A stretch of 64,000 nucleotides of DNA from Cetorhinus maximus (taxonomy: Eukaryota): the NCBI RefSeq assembly GCF_964194155.1, contig NC_135891.1, forward strand, positions 109,864,001-109,928,000, given 5' to 3'. How positions within the stretch are numbered: the stretch's first letter is position 1; each line of letters starts with the position of its first letter. Under the pieces are notes generated by a model. The model made no database searches and was not told the DNA's origin. It saw only the letters and a list, made by a program, of their open reading frames with translations. Shown piece by piece: positions 35,140 to 47,542 of this stretch. A program made the translations under genes and the position numbers.

Positions 35140-35440
35140 CAGCATTCATTGCTCATCACTAATTGCCCTTGAGAAGGTGGTGGTGAGCCATCTCCTTGAA
35201 CCGCTGCAGTCCATATGGTGCACCCACAGTACTGTTAGGGAGAGAGTTCCAGGACTTTGATCTAGTGACAGTGAAGGGACAGCAATATATTTCCAAGACA
35301 GGATGGTGTGGTAACTTGGAGAGGTATTTGCAAGTGATGGTGCTCCCATGCAAATGCTGCCCTTATTCTTCTAGGTGGTAGACATTGTGGGTTTGGCAGT
35401 TGAAGTCGAAGGAGCCTTGCCGAGTTGCTGCAGTACATCT
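35140..35440 (-). mobile_element. Family-B LINE 3' fragment
   Basis: SKSWNSLPNSTVG..GLQRFKEMAHHHLLKGN. Confidence 0.85.
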
Positions 35441-36165
35441 GTCAACTTGCTGTCTCAAGCTGTTCATAGATGGACTGTTTTGGCTATGAATTATAGTTCA
35501 GCAGTCTGTGAATTACTCACCTTTTAGATAATGCTAATGCCAGAGATTACTTGACAGAATCAAAATAACACTGTCACTGGCCTTAGGGATGATGGCGGTG
35601 GGGTACCAGAAGTGGGGAAGTGGTCAAATCCACAGAAATGACACCCATTACCATGATGAGCACAAAATACATAGTTTAGATTGTTTTAAAGCTTAATATC
35701 CTGCATAATTTTCTCACTAATTGGTCATATATTAAATTCACCATGTTACTGCTGCATTGTCTTGATATGGAGCTACACCCCAGGTACTAAGCGTTGAAGG
35801 GTAATTTGCAACAATTCATCATCAGTGTGCAATAGGACAGGTCCTCTTTGTGGGAAGCTGGATGTAGGTCGTCTCAAGTTGTGGATGCTGGGATTGGTTA
35901 CAGTAATGCAGATATGGTTTTAGTAAGGTACAGGGATATTATACAGAACAATGAATATGCAACATACTATTCAGTTGCCAACAGGTGGTGGGGGTGGGTT
36001 GGGGGGCTGTGGTAGGACAAGTGTATAATTAGTCTGTTCCTTTAAGACCACAAATTCTAATTGCAAAATTAGAGAAAGCCTGAGGTCATTTAGAGTCTAA
36101 TTATAAATAAGGAAATATTGAGGTTATTTAGACCCTAATTGCTGTAAATAGGGAATGCGGAGTGC

Positions 36166-39139
36166 TGTAATATGCCTTTGAGAGATTTCAGCGTGACATC
36201 ACTAGAAAGGAAGTGTGCCATGTGATCCAGTTTTAGTTTCACTTTTGCTTTTAAGCAGAGCTCAGCACAGACAGTTCTGCTAATGTGTGCTCAAGCTTTA
36301 TATCCATGTATATATGTTCTCAGGAGCTTAGTCTCAACAGATGAGCCCACAACATGATTACCCAATCCCTTATGAGTGAGCGGTGCCTTTATATCATATA
36401 AAAACATGACATGGTGTACAGCAATGGTTCTTTCTGTATGACATGGTGCTCAGCCTGGCAGCAAGATTCAGGACAGGTACAACACTGTGAACAGTCTTAC
36501 ATCATGCTGCATGGCATGAGGCAACGCTCGACTTTTTGGCCAGACCGCCACAAAGTTGCAACACTGGTCAGTGCTGAGAACACAGCGTGCTGACTGCGCA
36601 GAAATACTTTGAAGACACAGCGATCAAGTAAAGAGCTGGTAAGCGGACAGATCCCTTGTGGTGAGTAGGGCAGCACATCAAGAGAGCCAGCACCAGGTGG
36701 GCTCAGTTTGGAAAAGGCGAGTGACCAGGCTGTGGGCTGGATTGATAGCGAGCGAGGCAGAGTTCAACAAAACAAAAAAGCAAACAAAAAAAAAAATCAT
36801 AAAAATTGGGCCAAAGAAGGTTGCGATTATAATGGGCGGAGCCTTGGGAAAATGCACAAAAGAGGCTACAGCAACACTCATTCCTGGTACTATTGGAGGA
36901 GGAAGGTCAAAGGGATATTGTCAGAACATCCACAAGGTTCTCCAGTTTAAATTGGGATGCAGCTGATCTACAATCCGAATTCAAAATGTTTGAACAGCAT
37001 ACAGAGCAATGGTTTCTTGATTCAGGTGTATCTGAACAGACAAGTTAGCCATAAAAATTCACCGAGCAATTGGGAATGAATGCCTACACAGGCTGAACAC
37101 ATCAGGATTCACAGCAGAAGAGCTGAAGGATTCCCAAAAGACCTGGACTACATTGGAAGACTGGTTCAGAATCAGGCTAAACATCTGTATTCATCGACTA
37201 GAGTTCATGTCATTTCAACAACAGCCTACAAAATCCATAGACCAATTCGTCAGCAGATGCAGAGAAAAGGCTACATCCTGTGATTTTTCAAGGACAGAGC
37301 TGGCGGACAGAATTGTTGTGTTGGTGATCACATCCACTCCCAGGGAAGCAAACCAGAAAGATCTGCTAGACAAGCCCAAAACATATAGCATCGAAGAGCT
37401 ACTCAAGAATGGATGTAAGTATGAAGTGATCCTCGCAGGTTGACAAAGCTTACAGACCCTAAGCACAAGCCAAATTGTTGACGCACTCACTAGCACACCC
37501 AAACCTAGCAAGACATGTAGAAGGTGTGGCCTTCTGCATGCACCAAGGAAATGCCCAACTTTAATCAATTCTGCAAGGCATGTGGCAGAAAGGGCCATTG
37601 GCAGTGGCAGTGCAGTAGAGCAAAGGCTGATGCAGCTACAAAGAGTTGTGCACTGGTCCAAACAGACCCTACACAATGGGTACCTTCAAGCAATAAGAAT
37701 GACCATCTGGTATCCTGTCAGAAACATATACATGAGGTGATTGACAAACCAGAAAATGACAATGAGTTGCCAAGATTCAAATTATCTGCCCTTAGAAACT
37801 TGGTAACTATTTGTTATTGGCCAATATTGACAGAGGGAAAGTGCCAACATATTAACGCTGCGATTTTTAAAAGGCATAAAAGACATGTATCCATAGATAT
37901 GGAAGGCCATGGCAAAACCAACAACTGGGCAGCTTTCAGCGTACAACGGTTCACTAATTCCATGTGCGGGTTCCACAGTCTTGGAGTGCAAGTACAGTCA
38001 ATTCACCTGGGAGTCACAGATGTTCTACACCGTGGAGATAAAGGCCCAGCAATTGCAGGTCTACAGGCCTGGACCTCAAACTAGTGACAATCCATGGAAT
38101 TAGTCGGACATCACTTGGCAGCACAACCTCAGAAACTACTCCTGTTGCCTCAGTTCATGACCTAACATCGAAATATCCAGAATGTTTCGACAAAATTGGC
38201 AGCTTCAAGGGAGCTGCAACATTACGCTTGCAGAAGAATGCAAGTCCATCAATTGAGCTGCTACGTTTTCACAATGCAGACGCCAGCAGCTACAAGAAGA
38301 AATGGTGAAAGATGCCACACTACAGAAGCTGTGGAAAACCATCATTGAAGGATGGCCTGATTCAATTCAGCACATCCACGAACACATGAGATCATTTTGG
38401 CATTACTGGGGCGAGGTAGGCATCTCCCAGGGAGCCAAGTTTACAGTTGGGACAGCACGTTTGCATCCAGGATCCCACAGAAGATTCATGGTAACCAGCC
38501 GAGGTCACAAGGATTTGTTCGGAACCAAGGTCCTATGAAGTCATTACACCAAAAGGTACAACGATAAGGTGTAACCGAGGACAAATCAGATCCATTCCAG
38601 CTCCTCAACCACTGTACAGTCCTATTACACCGAAGACAAGATCTCAAATGCAATGGAGCAACATCCAAGAGTGACAATCCCACAGATCACTGTAAGTAGC
38701 TAAAGATACCTACAGACAAGGTTACCATTACAAGATTTGGGTGTACCAGTAGATTACCTCTACACTTTAGAGGCTCATAGATACATCAGTCCAATACACT
38801 TATGTAATGGTAATGAAACATGAACATGTATTGTGAATAGTTCTATTTCTTTGGAAGGGGGAAATATCTTTTAAAATGAAAGGGGATATTGTAATATGCC
38901 TTTAAGGGATTGCTGCATGACTTCACGAAAAAGGAAGTGTCAGGTGATCCAGTTTTAGTTTCACTTTTGCTTTTAAGCAGAGCTCAGCACAGATAGACAG
39001 CTCTGCTGATGCGTCTTCAAGCTTTATATCCAGGTCTATCTGTTCTCATGTGCCTGGTCTCAATAAATGAATCCACAATGTGATTTCACAATCCCTTATG
39101 AGTGTTTGGTGCTTTTATGTCATTATAACACACACAACA
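36166..39139 (+). mobile_element. Internally deleted Gypsy-type LTR element with both LTRs (36166-36411, 38890-39139)
   Basis: Both LTRs start TGTAATATGCCTTT and end ACA; TGG directly after the 5' LTR; purine tract before the 3' LTR; gag (IDQFVSRCREKATSCDF; CKACGRKGHWQWQC knuckle); pol scraps (KYPECFDKIGSFKG; KTIIEGWP); no clear TSD. Confidence 0.88.
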
Positions 39140-39854
39140 CAGGTCATTTACCAGCCAACTGCTTATTGGCAAATCCTGAAGTCTTTTTGTTACTGGGAAA
39201 GTTTCTTTGAAACCAGCAGGAAATTATGACTTTTATCCATTGATTTTATAGGTTTTTAAAGTGCGACACAGAAACTTCCAAGTATAGAAAGCATATGTCA
39301 GAATTTTGACATTTAGATATCTCCTGTATCCCACCCTCTATTTTATTGGCTTTTAAATATTTCCTGTGATGGGGAATATTTTCAGCTGACTGGCAGGTCT
39401 GTGTTAATGCCATTTCCCCCATTGGACATCTGAATCTTTGGAAGAAAGGCATAGGCTTAGGCTGATAAAGTTCTTGTTTTTTTTTCTGTCTCTGGTGTTC
39501 CACATATGACTGGTCTCTGCACAGATATTTACTATATTGGGAAATTATAGATGTAAATTTGCACCTTATCAATTCTGTGGCACAGTGGAGTGCAGAACAA
39601 GCATGCCACACAGTGGTATCGATCACACCTTTCATTGCATCTCTTGTAACAAGGATGATGGGATTTTTCCTACTGTTTACGTTAAGCTTCATTCAATTCA
39701 ATGCAAAGAAAAGTAATATTCAGAGATTGTAAAGCAGGAGATTTTGAATGTGCCCCTTCTTTCTTAAAACACGGGAGCTTGGTGAATATCAATGAAACGC
39801 TCCTGGAGAGACAAAACAAGTTTTGGTGATAAATAGCAGACAGCAAATATGCAC

Positions 39855-39973
39855 GGGCAGAATTTTACACCGGCAGGATTTTACGGTCCCTTTCGAAAGT
39901 CAACGGACTTTTGAACGGCTCGCCACATTTCACGGCACTGCCCCCACCGCAACAAGGGTGTAAAATTCCCCCC
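39855..39973 (+). mobile_element. ~120-bp mini Harbinger-type MITE
   Basis: GGGCAGAATTTTACACC / GGTGTAAAATTCCCCCC; reverse complement of 57359-57485. Confidence 0.8.
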
Positions 39974-40509
39974 CCTATAATATTCCTCTGTCTGCGATTT
40001 TAAAGGTGATGTTAAATATCCTGGTTAAAGCTGCCACTATGACCTCCAACAGAGATTTATTTTACAAAGGTTACTCTGCTATTCTAATTCTGATTTCCAC
40101 CCTTAAACTGTTGCTTTTGGGGAACAAACGAAATGAAATGGGGGAGCTTAGAGACAGAAGTAAAGAGCACTTGAGTATAGGCGCGTGTGTGGGATTGTCT
40201 CCTTGCTGGATTGCATATCGAGAGAACTTAACCTCAGGGAGTAATTGAACAGATGACATACATTTCTTAGCTTTGCTGAATGCACGGAGTTCACAGCGGT
40301 AATGTAATTGAGTAGAAATCTTGATGTTAATTTGGTTAAAAAGTAAGGGTGGAAGACTGTCTTCAGTCAGTGTAGAGCCTATTTTATAAATATGAGGGCT
40401 ACTGGCCATTTACAGATAAGTAGAGTTGACAGATAAGGTTCCCTGCCACCAGCACTCACTTTTATAATTGGTCCATATGCTTTAAAGGAGGGACTTCCAT
40501 TTACTTTAG

Positions 40510-41475
40510 AGCTTTTCAAGGTCACATGGTGTTTCAAACTGCTTTAAAGCCAATTAGTAACTTTTTGAAGTCATGTTTGCAACATAGGTAACGGAGCAGC
40601 CAATTTGCACAGACCAAAGCCCCACAAATATTAATGCAGTACATGACCATGTAAACTACTTTCTCATGGGGCAAGATTTTTAGTTTGGCAGGCGCCCGCC
40701 ATCAGTGGGCCCGGGAGCGGCCAGGGGAACGGACCCCTGACCGCGATTGGCTCCCCCCGACCGCGATTTCACGCTGGGCTGGCTAATTAACGGCCAGCCA
40801 ACGTGAAAGGCGCGCTGAAAGACTCAGCATTGCCGGGGTGGGAGGAAGGCGAGCGCTGAAGTCAGCGCTGGGTACGGGGGGGAGCGCGGAATGAAAGCTC
40901 CCTGAAGACAGAGAGCTGCCTTAGGGACTGAGAAATTTAAATGCAAAAAATAAAGATTCTGAAAACCGGGGAAAAATGCCCACGCACCAGGATCAGTCAC
41001 CGGAAAATATCAATGATGAAAATTCTGCCCAAACATTTTAGTTTTTTTTAATTAACATCGGAAACCTCATCCCGCCCGTGGATGAGGTTTCCTGAAAAAT
41101 GCAAAGGCCGCCTGGCCGATTGGCCTGCCCGCCAACCGTGACCTTGGACAGGCAACAAAAAAATCCTTGTTAATTACTACTCTAATGGCCTTAATAGGCC
41201 TTATCATTGTCGGCAGGGTGTGCTTCCGACTCTTGCGCACGCCCGCCCACCGAAATATCATGCGAGTGCGCAATGACGTCAGGACGCTCGCCCGACATCA
41301 TCACCCGCTATTTCACGCTCGAGCGGGTCGGGTGCGCACCCACGCGCCGAGCAAAAAATTGTGCCCAGGATGTTGGCTGAGGGATAAATATTGGTGAGGA
41401 TTCCCCTGCTCTTCAGATAGTGATAATGAAATCTTTTTCACCCATCTGAGAGAGTAGACAAGGCCTCAGTTTCGT
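40510..41475 (-). mobile_element. DeuSINE fragment split by a MITE
   Basis: 40510-40668 and 41367-41475 are consecutive pieces of the DeuSINE reverse complement. Confidence 0.75.
40669..41366 (+). mobile_element. Harbinger MITE
   Basis: TIRs GGGCAAGATTTT / AAAATTGTGCCC; flanks ATG/AGG. Confidence 0.9.
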
Positions 41476-41745
41476 AGAAGCGTACTATGGTACAGCAAGG
41501 GGCTATTCAACCCATCGTGCCTGGGGCGCGTCTTTGAAAGCATAATCCAATTAGTCCCCGTCCCCTGGATTTTCCCCATAACCCAGCCATTTTTTTTTTT
41601 TCGTTCTCAAATATTTATCCAATTCTCTGATAGGTCATTGACCTGAAATGTCAACTCTGTCTCTTTCTACAGATGCTTTCCTGCTGAGTATTTCCAGCAT
41701 TTTCTGTTTTTATTTTCAGATTTCCAGCATCTGCAGTATTTTTTC
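41476..41745. mobile_element. CR1 3' end (-, ~41476-41625) abutting a Penelope terminal-repeat remnant (+, ~41627-41745)
   Basis: GGCTATTCAACCCATCGTG (reverse complement of the CR1 3' UTR); AGGTCATTGACCTGAAATGTCAACT..CCTGCTGAGTATTTCCAGC resembles 31417-31510. Confidence 0.7.
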
Positions 41746-41843
41746 TCTTGGAACAAAGGAAAATCAACCTACGGACACACACATGCAGATTGTTAAACTG
41801 CCTCTCCAAATTCTGTTCTTTTTTTATCCGTTGTTTTGCCTTT

Positions 41844-42350
41844 TATTACCTCTGCCGCTAAAGGTTGGCAGGAGTAATGTTTTCACCCATTAGTCTGTTT
41901 GGTCTGTAATCTAATTGGTACACAGATAGGGTATGGCCCAAGGAAGATGCGGACCTGGATCCTGGAATTTTTTAAATCATCTGTTAACTTTGGGAGATAT
42001 GGTGAATTGAAGTTTTAGAATGTTATGGGTTGTTTTATTTAGAATGTTGTTGATTGTTTTAGAATGTTGTTGATTGTTTTAGAATGTTGTGGATTGTCTC
42101 AGCTGCTGTGATGGAATTTGTCACAGTCTTTGAGATGTGAGCAGAGTTTTCAGAGCAGGTTGTTGAATGTGGATTGGCCTAAAGCCTCCTCAGTGAGACT
42201 GAAGCTCTCATTAAAAAGATGTTATTTTTAACTTTGTAGTTACAGAGCATCAACCAGGCAGGCAAAAGCCTCAAGGAAGAGCTGCATAGCTGTAATAATG
42301 TTGAGTTAACACAGAGTAGCTGAGGCACGTGCTCTACTGAGTGCCGTCTT
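41844..42350 (+). mobile_element. DINE-1/HINE-like (Helentron-associated) non-autonomous element
   Basis: 5' hairpin ATTACCTCTGCC..GGCAGGAGTAAT then GTTTTCACC; central 20-bp tandem repeat; 3' GCTCTACTGAGTGCC stem-loop-like end; T-rich flanks. Confidence 0.55.
42013..42097 (+). repeat. 20-bp minisatellite, about 4 copies
   Basis: TTTTAGAATGTTGTTGATTG repeated. Confidence 0.9.
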
Positions 42351-43224
42351 CACTTATGTTATTATTTATTCAGTTCACCTTAATTCTAATCATTTTCAAA
42401 TTATAGCCTTTTCCTATATTTTAAGATGTTTAAAGTGTGACTTGCACAATTAGATCAACACACCATTAGACTTGGGGTTATTGCAGTTCCTCTGATGCAA
42501 CAGGAGCCACTAGTAACACTAAAGTGATGGGGGTGGGGATGGTGGGGGGCGGGGGGGTTGTGGTGGGAAGATTTTGAGATCTTCCATCTGGCAGTAATGG
42601 GGTGGTCATACCCTGAAAATGACGGGGTGTGACATACCAACCAATTCTCCTCAATGATGTAGCTTCCAGAGGGCCTACTGCAGGATGGTTAGAGTGGCTG
42701 CCTGAGTCCAGTGTTAGTTCCTTTAATGTACAAATCGGAATCTAAGACTTGGGATCCTGGTTGCTAGTTTAGGACTCACATGGTTTAAGCTGGCAGTCCA
42801 ACCAAAGAGGAGCCCAGAAGGTTATGTTTTTTAAATTATTTTTGTGGAGTTGGGAGGAGTAGGAATGGTTCCCCAGCTCCTTTAAAACAAACCTGATTCA
42901 TCACTGCACTAGATTCCCTGCTCCGAGTCTGGACCCTTCCTCCCTGACCTACCTTTTTCTGGCACAGAGGCCAGCCAAAATGCCAGGTGTTGTAGCTGGT
43001 TGCAGTCAATGGGCTGCACCCCAAGTGCCCATTTTCTGTACAGGAACCAGCAACCCTATTCTATAGTGAGCCTGACCCTCTGAGTGGGCCAGGAGTCCGA
43101 TCATCACTATTAGCTGGTTGGTTAGAGGCCATGGTAGTTTCTCATCTATGCACTTGGTCGCCTGAGATACAGGTTCACTTCTTATTCTTTTGAAAGCCAT
43201 AAGGTTGAATTTTGTACTAAACTT

Positions 43225-43765
43225 AAGCTCACCCAAAACTCTGCTGTCCGTATCCTACTGCGCATCAAGTCAGCCATCACCCCTGTGCTTACCTCCATTG
43301 GTTTCCAATCTAGCACCACCTTAATTTTAAAATTTTCACCTTTTGTTTTCAAATCCCACCACCACTCCTCACCTCCCACCATGGTCTATCCCCTCCCTAT
43401 CTCTGTATTCTCCTCCAACCTTCGAGATCTCCGCGCTCCTCCAATTCTGGCTGCTTGCGCATCATCAATTTTAATTGCTCCACCATTGGTGGCCGTGCCT
43501 TCATCTGCAGAGGCCCAAAGCTCTGGAATTCCTTTCCTAAATCACCATCCCTCTCTAGCTTTCATCTTCCCTTGAGGCATTCCTTAAAACCTACCTTCTT
43601 GACCAATATGCTGCCAGACCTGCTGAGTTTTTCCCGGTATTTTTATTTTTTGTTCTTGACCAATTTCCTGTCTCCCCGATAGCTCTGTTTCAAATTTTGT
43701 TTGAAGCTGCTCGGGAAGTTCTGCCTACATTAAAGGTGCTATGTAAATGCAAGTTATTGTTGTGA
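43225..43765 (+). mobile_element. L2 LINE 3' fragment containing a 45-bp Penelope-derived insert
   Basis: AITPVL..LHWFP..FKI; TIGGRAFICRGPKLWNSFP; tail TAAAGGTGCTATGTAAATGCAAGTT. Confidence 0.82.
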
Positions 43766-43787
43766 GAAAGCTAGTGCCTTCCGCAAG

Positions 43788-43838
43788 ATGGAGTCGACTA
43801 TGCTTTCAAGCCAAACCTTCCCTACGTTTGCACGCGAG
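43788..43838 (+). CDS. Candidate first coding exon of a host gene (MESTMLSSQTFPTFARE)
   Basis: CTTCCG-CAAGATGG (ETS- and YY1-like, strong Kozak), 17 open codons, consensus donor GAG|GTAAGT, local CpG cluster outside any recognised repeat; no downstream exon identified. Confidence 0.3.
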
Positions 43839-45239
43839 GTAAGTCGAGTGTGACGTGTTGACATCATTTCTATTATGACAACAGCCATTATCGGTTATCC
43901 TGTTTCAACTTGCGTTGATTTTGTTTGGCATTATCAACAAGCCTTCATGGTGACTGTCATTGTAATCTCAGATATCAAATGAGGACTAAATTGAAAAGTA
44001 GAAAACTGAAAAGGGAAGAAAGGACTTTTCAGTTGCGATTGGCAAAAGCTGAGGTAAATGAGAGAGAGAAAAAAAACTTTATTTACGCTTTTGTTTCATT
44101 ACGCTTTGGGAGACAAGAATTGAGAGGTTGTATTTCTATTATGATATATTGTGAGTGACTTTGACAGTTTGAAGCAAAAGCCCATTAATTTGCCTGAACT
44201 GGACTCTGTTTGATGTTAAATTAGATTATTGTCACATTGTCAGTCTTATTTACATTGGTAAAAATAGCAACCCCAGAAATTTCAAAACCTGCTCATTTGC
44301 AACTGAATAGAGTGAGGCACTCAGCTGTATCTGAAGTAGAATAAATTTTCCTTTTTACATTATAAATTATCTCTTTGCTTTCATGAAGAGAGTCAGTAGA
44401 AGCATTCTTGTTTGAACTTTTGAAGCATGACAGGGTCATTTGAGCTTATTTGAAGAAAATTATTGATTTTTAAAATTATATTTCTCATGAATCATGTTTT
44501 AATCATTTAAGCATTTAGAAATTGGTGCAATCAATTATTGCTATGTGTAGGAGTAAATTCAGCATTCCCAATATTGAACACTGTTCGAAGAGACTGCAGA
44601 CAGATGATTCAGGGACATGATGTATAAGTCTCTTTCCAAACTCTGCTCCTTTGAGCGCCGCTCGGTGCAGCGCAGGAGTTATGAGGTTTGTTGATGCCGG
44701 GGGAATGGAACACTTTCCATTTTAGACATTTAAATGCGGCCAAGCAGTTCTAGATCAAATTGTGCATTGTTAAATACAGAGTCAAGCACTCTCACTCATG
44801 CCCATCTTCAGGAGATAGTCCCGGCCTGGACCTGATGTGACATCTTTCTGTTTTTCACACCAGTGATCTTGTGGCCTTAAAGTTAAGGTTGCTTGCGGTC
44901 TTTGAACCGATGTCCACGAGTAACTGGAATAAGACCAGTCAAAATCATTTCATAAGGAGGGCAGAATTTTCCACTCCAGAGACTAAGTGCAGTGGAGGGT
45001 GGGATTGGCGACATGTTTCCCACCGATTGGCGGGTCGGGTTCTCACACCCGATCTTCCGCTTGAAGCCTCATTAATTATGCATAGACGAGCTGCTCGCTG
45101 AATCACGGGGCAGGGCGGGCACTGATTCGGCCGCCCGCCGTCACCTCATGGGGTCAAAGTTCTTGGCGCCATATTTAAACGCGACCTGAACACACACATT
45201 ACTCCCTGCTGCCCAGCTGTGTGGTCGGAAGTTCCAGAG

Positions 45240-46955
45240 ATGGGCCCAAGGAACAAGAAGAGTGCGCCAAGGTTTAGCCACGGCTCCCTGGAGACTTTAA
45301 ATCCGAGGTCTCTGCCAGCAGAGGGAGGTTCTTTTTCCCAGGGATGGATCCAGAAGGCCCACCAACCTCACCTTGCTGGCCCGGGAGGCGGGCGTGAAGC
45401 AGGTCAGCTCTATGGGTGAGCGCCAGAGAAATGCCATCCAGGGCAGGAAGAAGCTGAATGATCTCATCTGCACCGCCAGGGTAAACCAACCTTCTGATCA
45501 CTTCAAACTCACATTCTCATAAAGGCATTATGCACTCAAAGTGTCACAGCTCAGAGATCTCACACAATATTAGCAGGGGAGGTCTCAGCATTGAAAGCCT
45601 ATTCACCAGCATCTCATCGATCAGGCTGCACAAACAGCACCTTCAGTCCTTAACCGGGAAGGACTCGGCACACACAGCAGGCATACCTGCTTCTCAACCT
45701 CTGCTCCATCCCTTCTCATCACGTTCTATTCAATTGTCTTCATGCAGGCCAAGCTTGCCCACAACTAGAGGGAGAGATCCCAGACTGGAGGAGGGACGGC
45801 CAACATCCAGGAGCTCTCCAAATTCGAGGAGGATGCTGCCGGGTTGGCAGGGGAGGACAGAGATCGCTCCCGTGGGGTAGGTGAAATCATCCTCTCCCAG
45901 CAAGCCAGTACAGATGATCCCTCCATGAGTTGATCACATCCTGACATTCACAGTGAGTGATATGCAATGTTGTATTCAGTGTGTTCATGAACTAAGTCTG
46001 TCTTTTATCTCTTACAGCCAGCAGCAGGTCCAGACAGATCAGCACAGGCAACATAAGCCCCAGCCCCCAGGCCACCTCAGAGGAGGATGATGAGGATCCA
46101 CTTGAAGACCTGTCACTGTGTTCACCTGCACAGAGAGACACACCCCAGTGGGTCACAGATCTAGATTAGGCTCAGGGAGAACACCTCACAGACACGACTC
46201 CACAGCAGTCGGAGGCAGTGACGGCCCAGGTCTCTGGCACTCGGAGGACTGCCAGAGATCAGGCACTCACTGAGTCTGAGTGAGATGATGAGCTTCTGGA
46301 AATGGCTGTTGGGGCATACTAGAGACAGACGGTGGAACAGCAGGCAGAGACGCAAGAGGCAGTCAACAGACTAGAGCAAAGGATGGAAGAGTCCGTTCTG
46401 TCTGATGTCGTGGCTCTGACACTCAAGTGACTCGAGGCCTCCATGGGAAGGGTGGTAGTCGCCTTGGAGATCTTGGTCCAGCAAATTCTGCCGGATTTAC
46501 GCTCAGACCTGCAATCCATTGTTATAGTCATTGGTGGGATCTATCAGTGGCCAAGCGAGGGGTGGGGGATGGGGCACCTCGACCTCAATCCAGGTGCCCC
46601 TTCTCCTCTAGGAGTTGGGCAGGGGCCCTCGGGCACCCATAGGGAGGGAGATCAGCAGCTGGACACCCCAGGGCCATTCACTCAGGTGACTCCAAGCATG
46701 TCCAGCCAATCCCAAACCCACCTGCCTGTGATCCCCTCACCTTCAGCCCCACAGACTGGGGAGGGTGCACCTGCCTCACAGCAGGATAGCCAAAGTAGGG
46801 CGGGGCCCTCTAGGGCTTGGTCCTCCAGAGGATGCCTGCCAAAATCATCAAAGACAACAGGATATACCAGTCAACAGGTTGCCTCCTCCTCTGAGGCGGA
46901 CGTCAGGGATGCACTAAGACGTAGCTTTAAGGTTAGAAAGATTAAGAAACATTGA
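45240..46955 (+). pseudogene. Harbinger Myb/SANT-like DNA-binding protein gene; 3 exons (45240-45480, 45748-~45907, 46018-46955)
   Basis: MGPRNKKSAPRFSHGSLE..RKKLNDLICTAR|GT; AG|AKLAHN*RERSQTGGG; acidic/Ser-Pro-rich tail; stops and frameshifts. Confidence 0.8.
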
Positions 46956-47542
46956 TGTCACTTCTGGCTCATGGTGTTTCACTCACTGTTTTTATCATGT
47001 AGCTTTGTAAACACATTTGCTGTTTCTGACAATGGTTTTGTCATTTGAATGCATTGTTCATATGCGTCTAAGTACCCTCTTATTGAGAAGTTGCCCTAAT
47101 CTCCCACTCCATGTCCGCCTCCTTTGGTGAGCCTCACTTTGATGTGATATCTAGCTGACTCATTTAAGTTACTTGCCTGATGTGTAATGTCAGGGAGATG
47201 TGTCAAGCCCTTTATTGAAAGTGGCTGCAAATTGCATTATGGACTTTTATTCCTTACAAGACATCATGGAGTAATGCGTGTTCAATTGTCTTGAAGGGCC
47301 ACCAGTAATGTTGACTCATCTTCAGATAGCTGCCTTTATTGTTTGTGCCAATGCACAAGACCTGCAGCCATGATGGTCTCTCCAGCCATGTGCGCATCCC
47401 TGTGGCAGCAAAAAGTGTCTCATTCAGGAAGCTCCAATTGCATCAAGTCCAGCTGTGCAGGGTTTGTGCTGATGTGCTGCCTTCCACTTTCCAGAGTAGC
47501 TAACCACACCTTCGGCTACGCTCGGGTCCCCTTGCCTGCACC

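Noticed and set aside
39246-39692. 148-aa minus-strand ORF in unique DNA
   Set aside because: No recognisable domain or convincing splice signals; a length plausible by chance.
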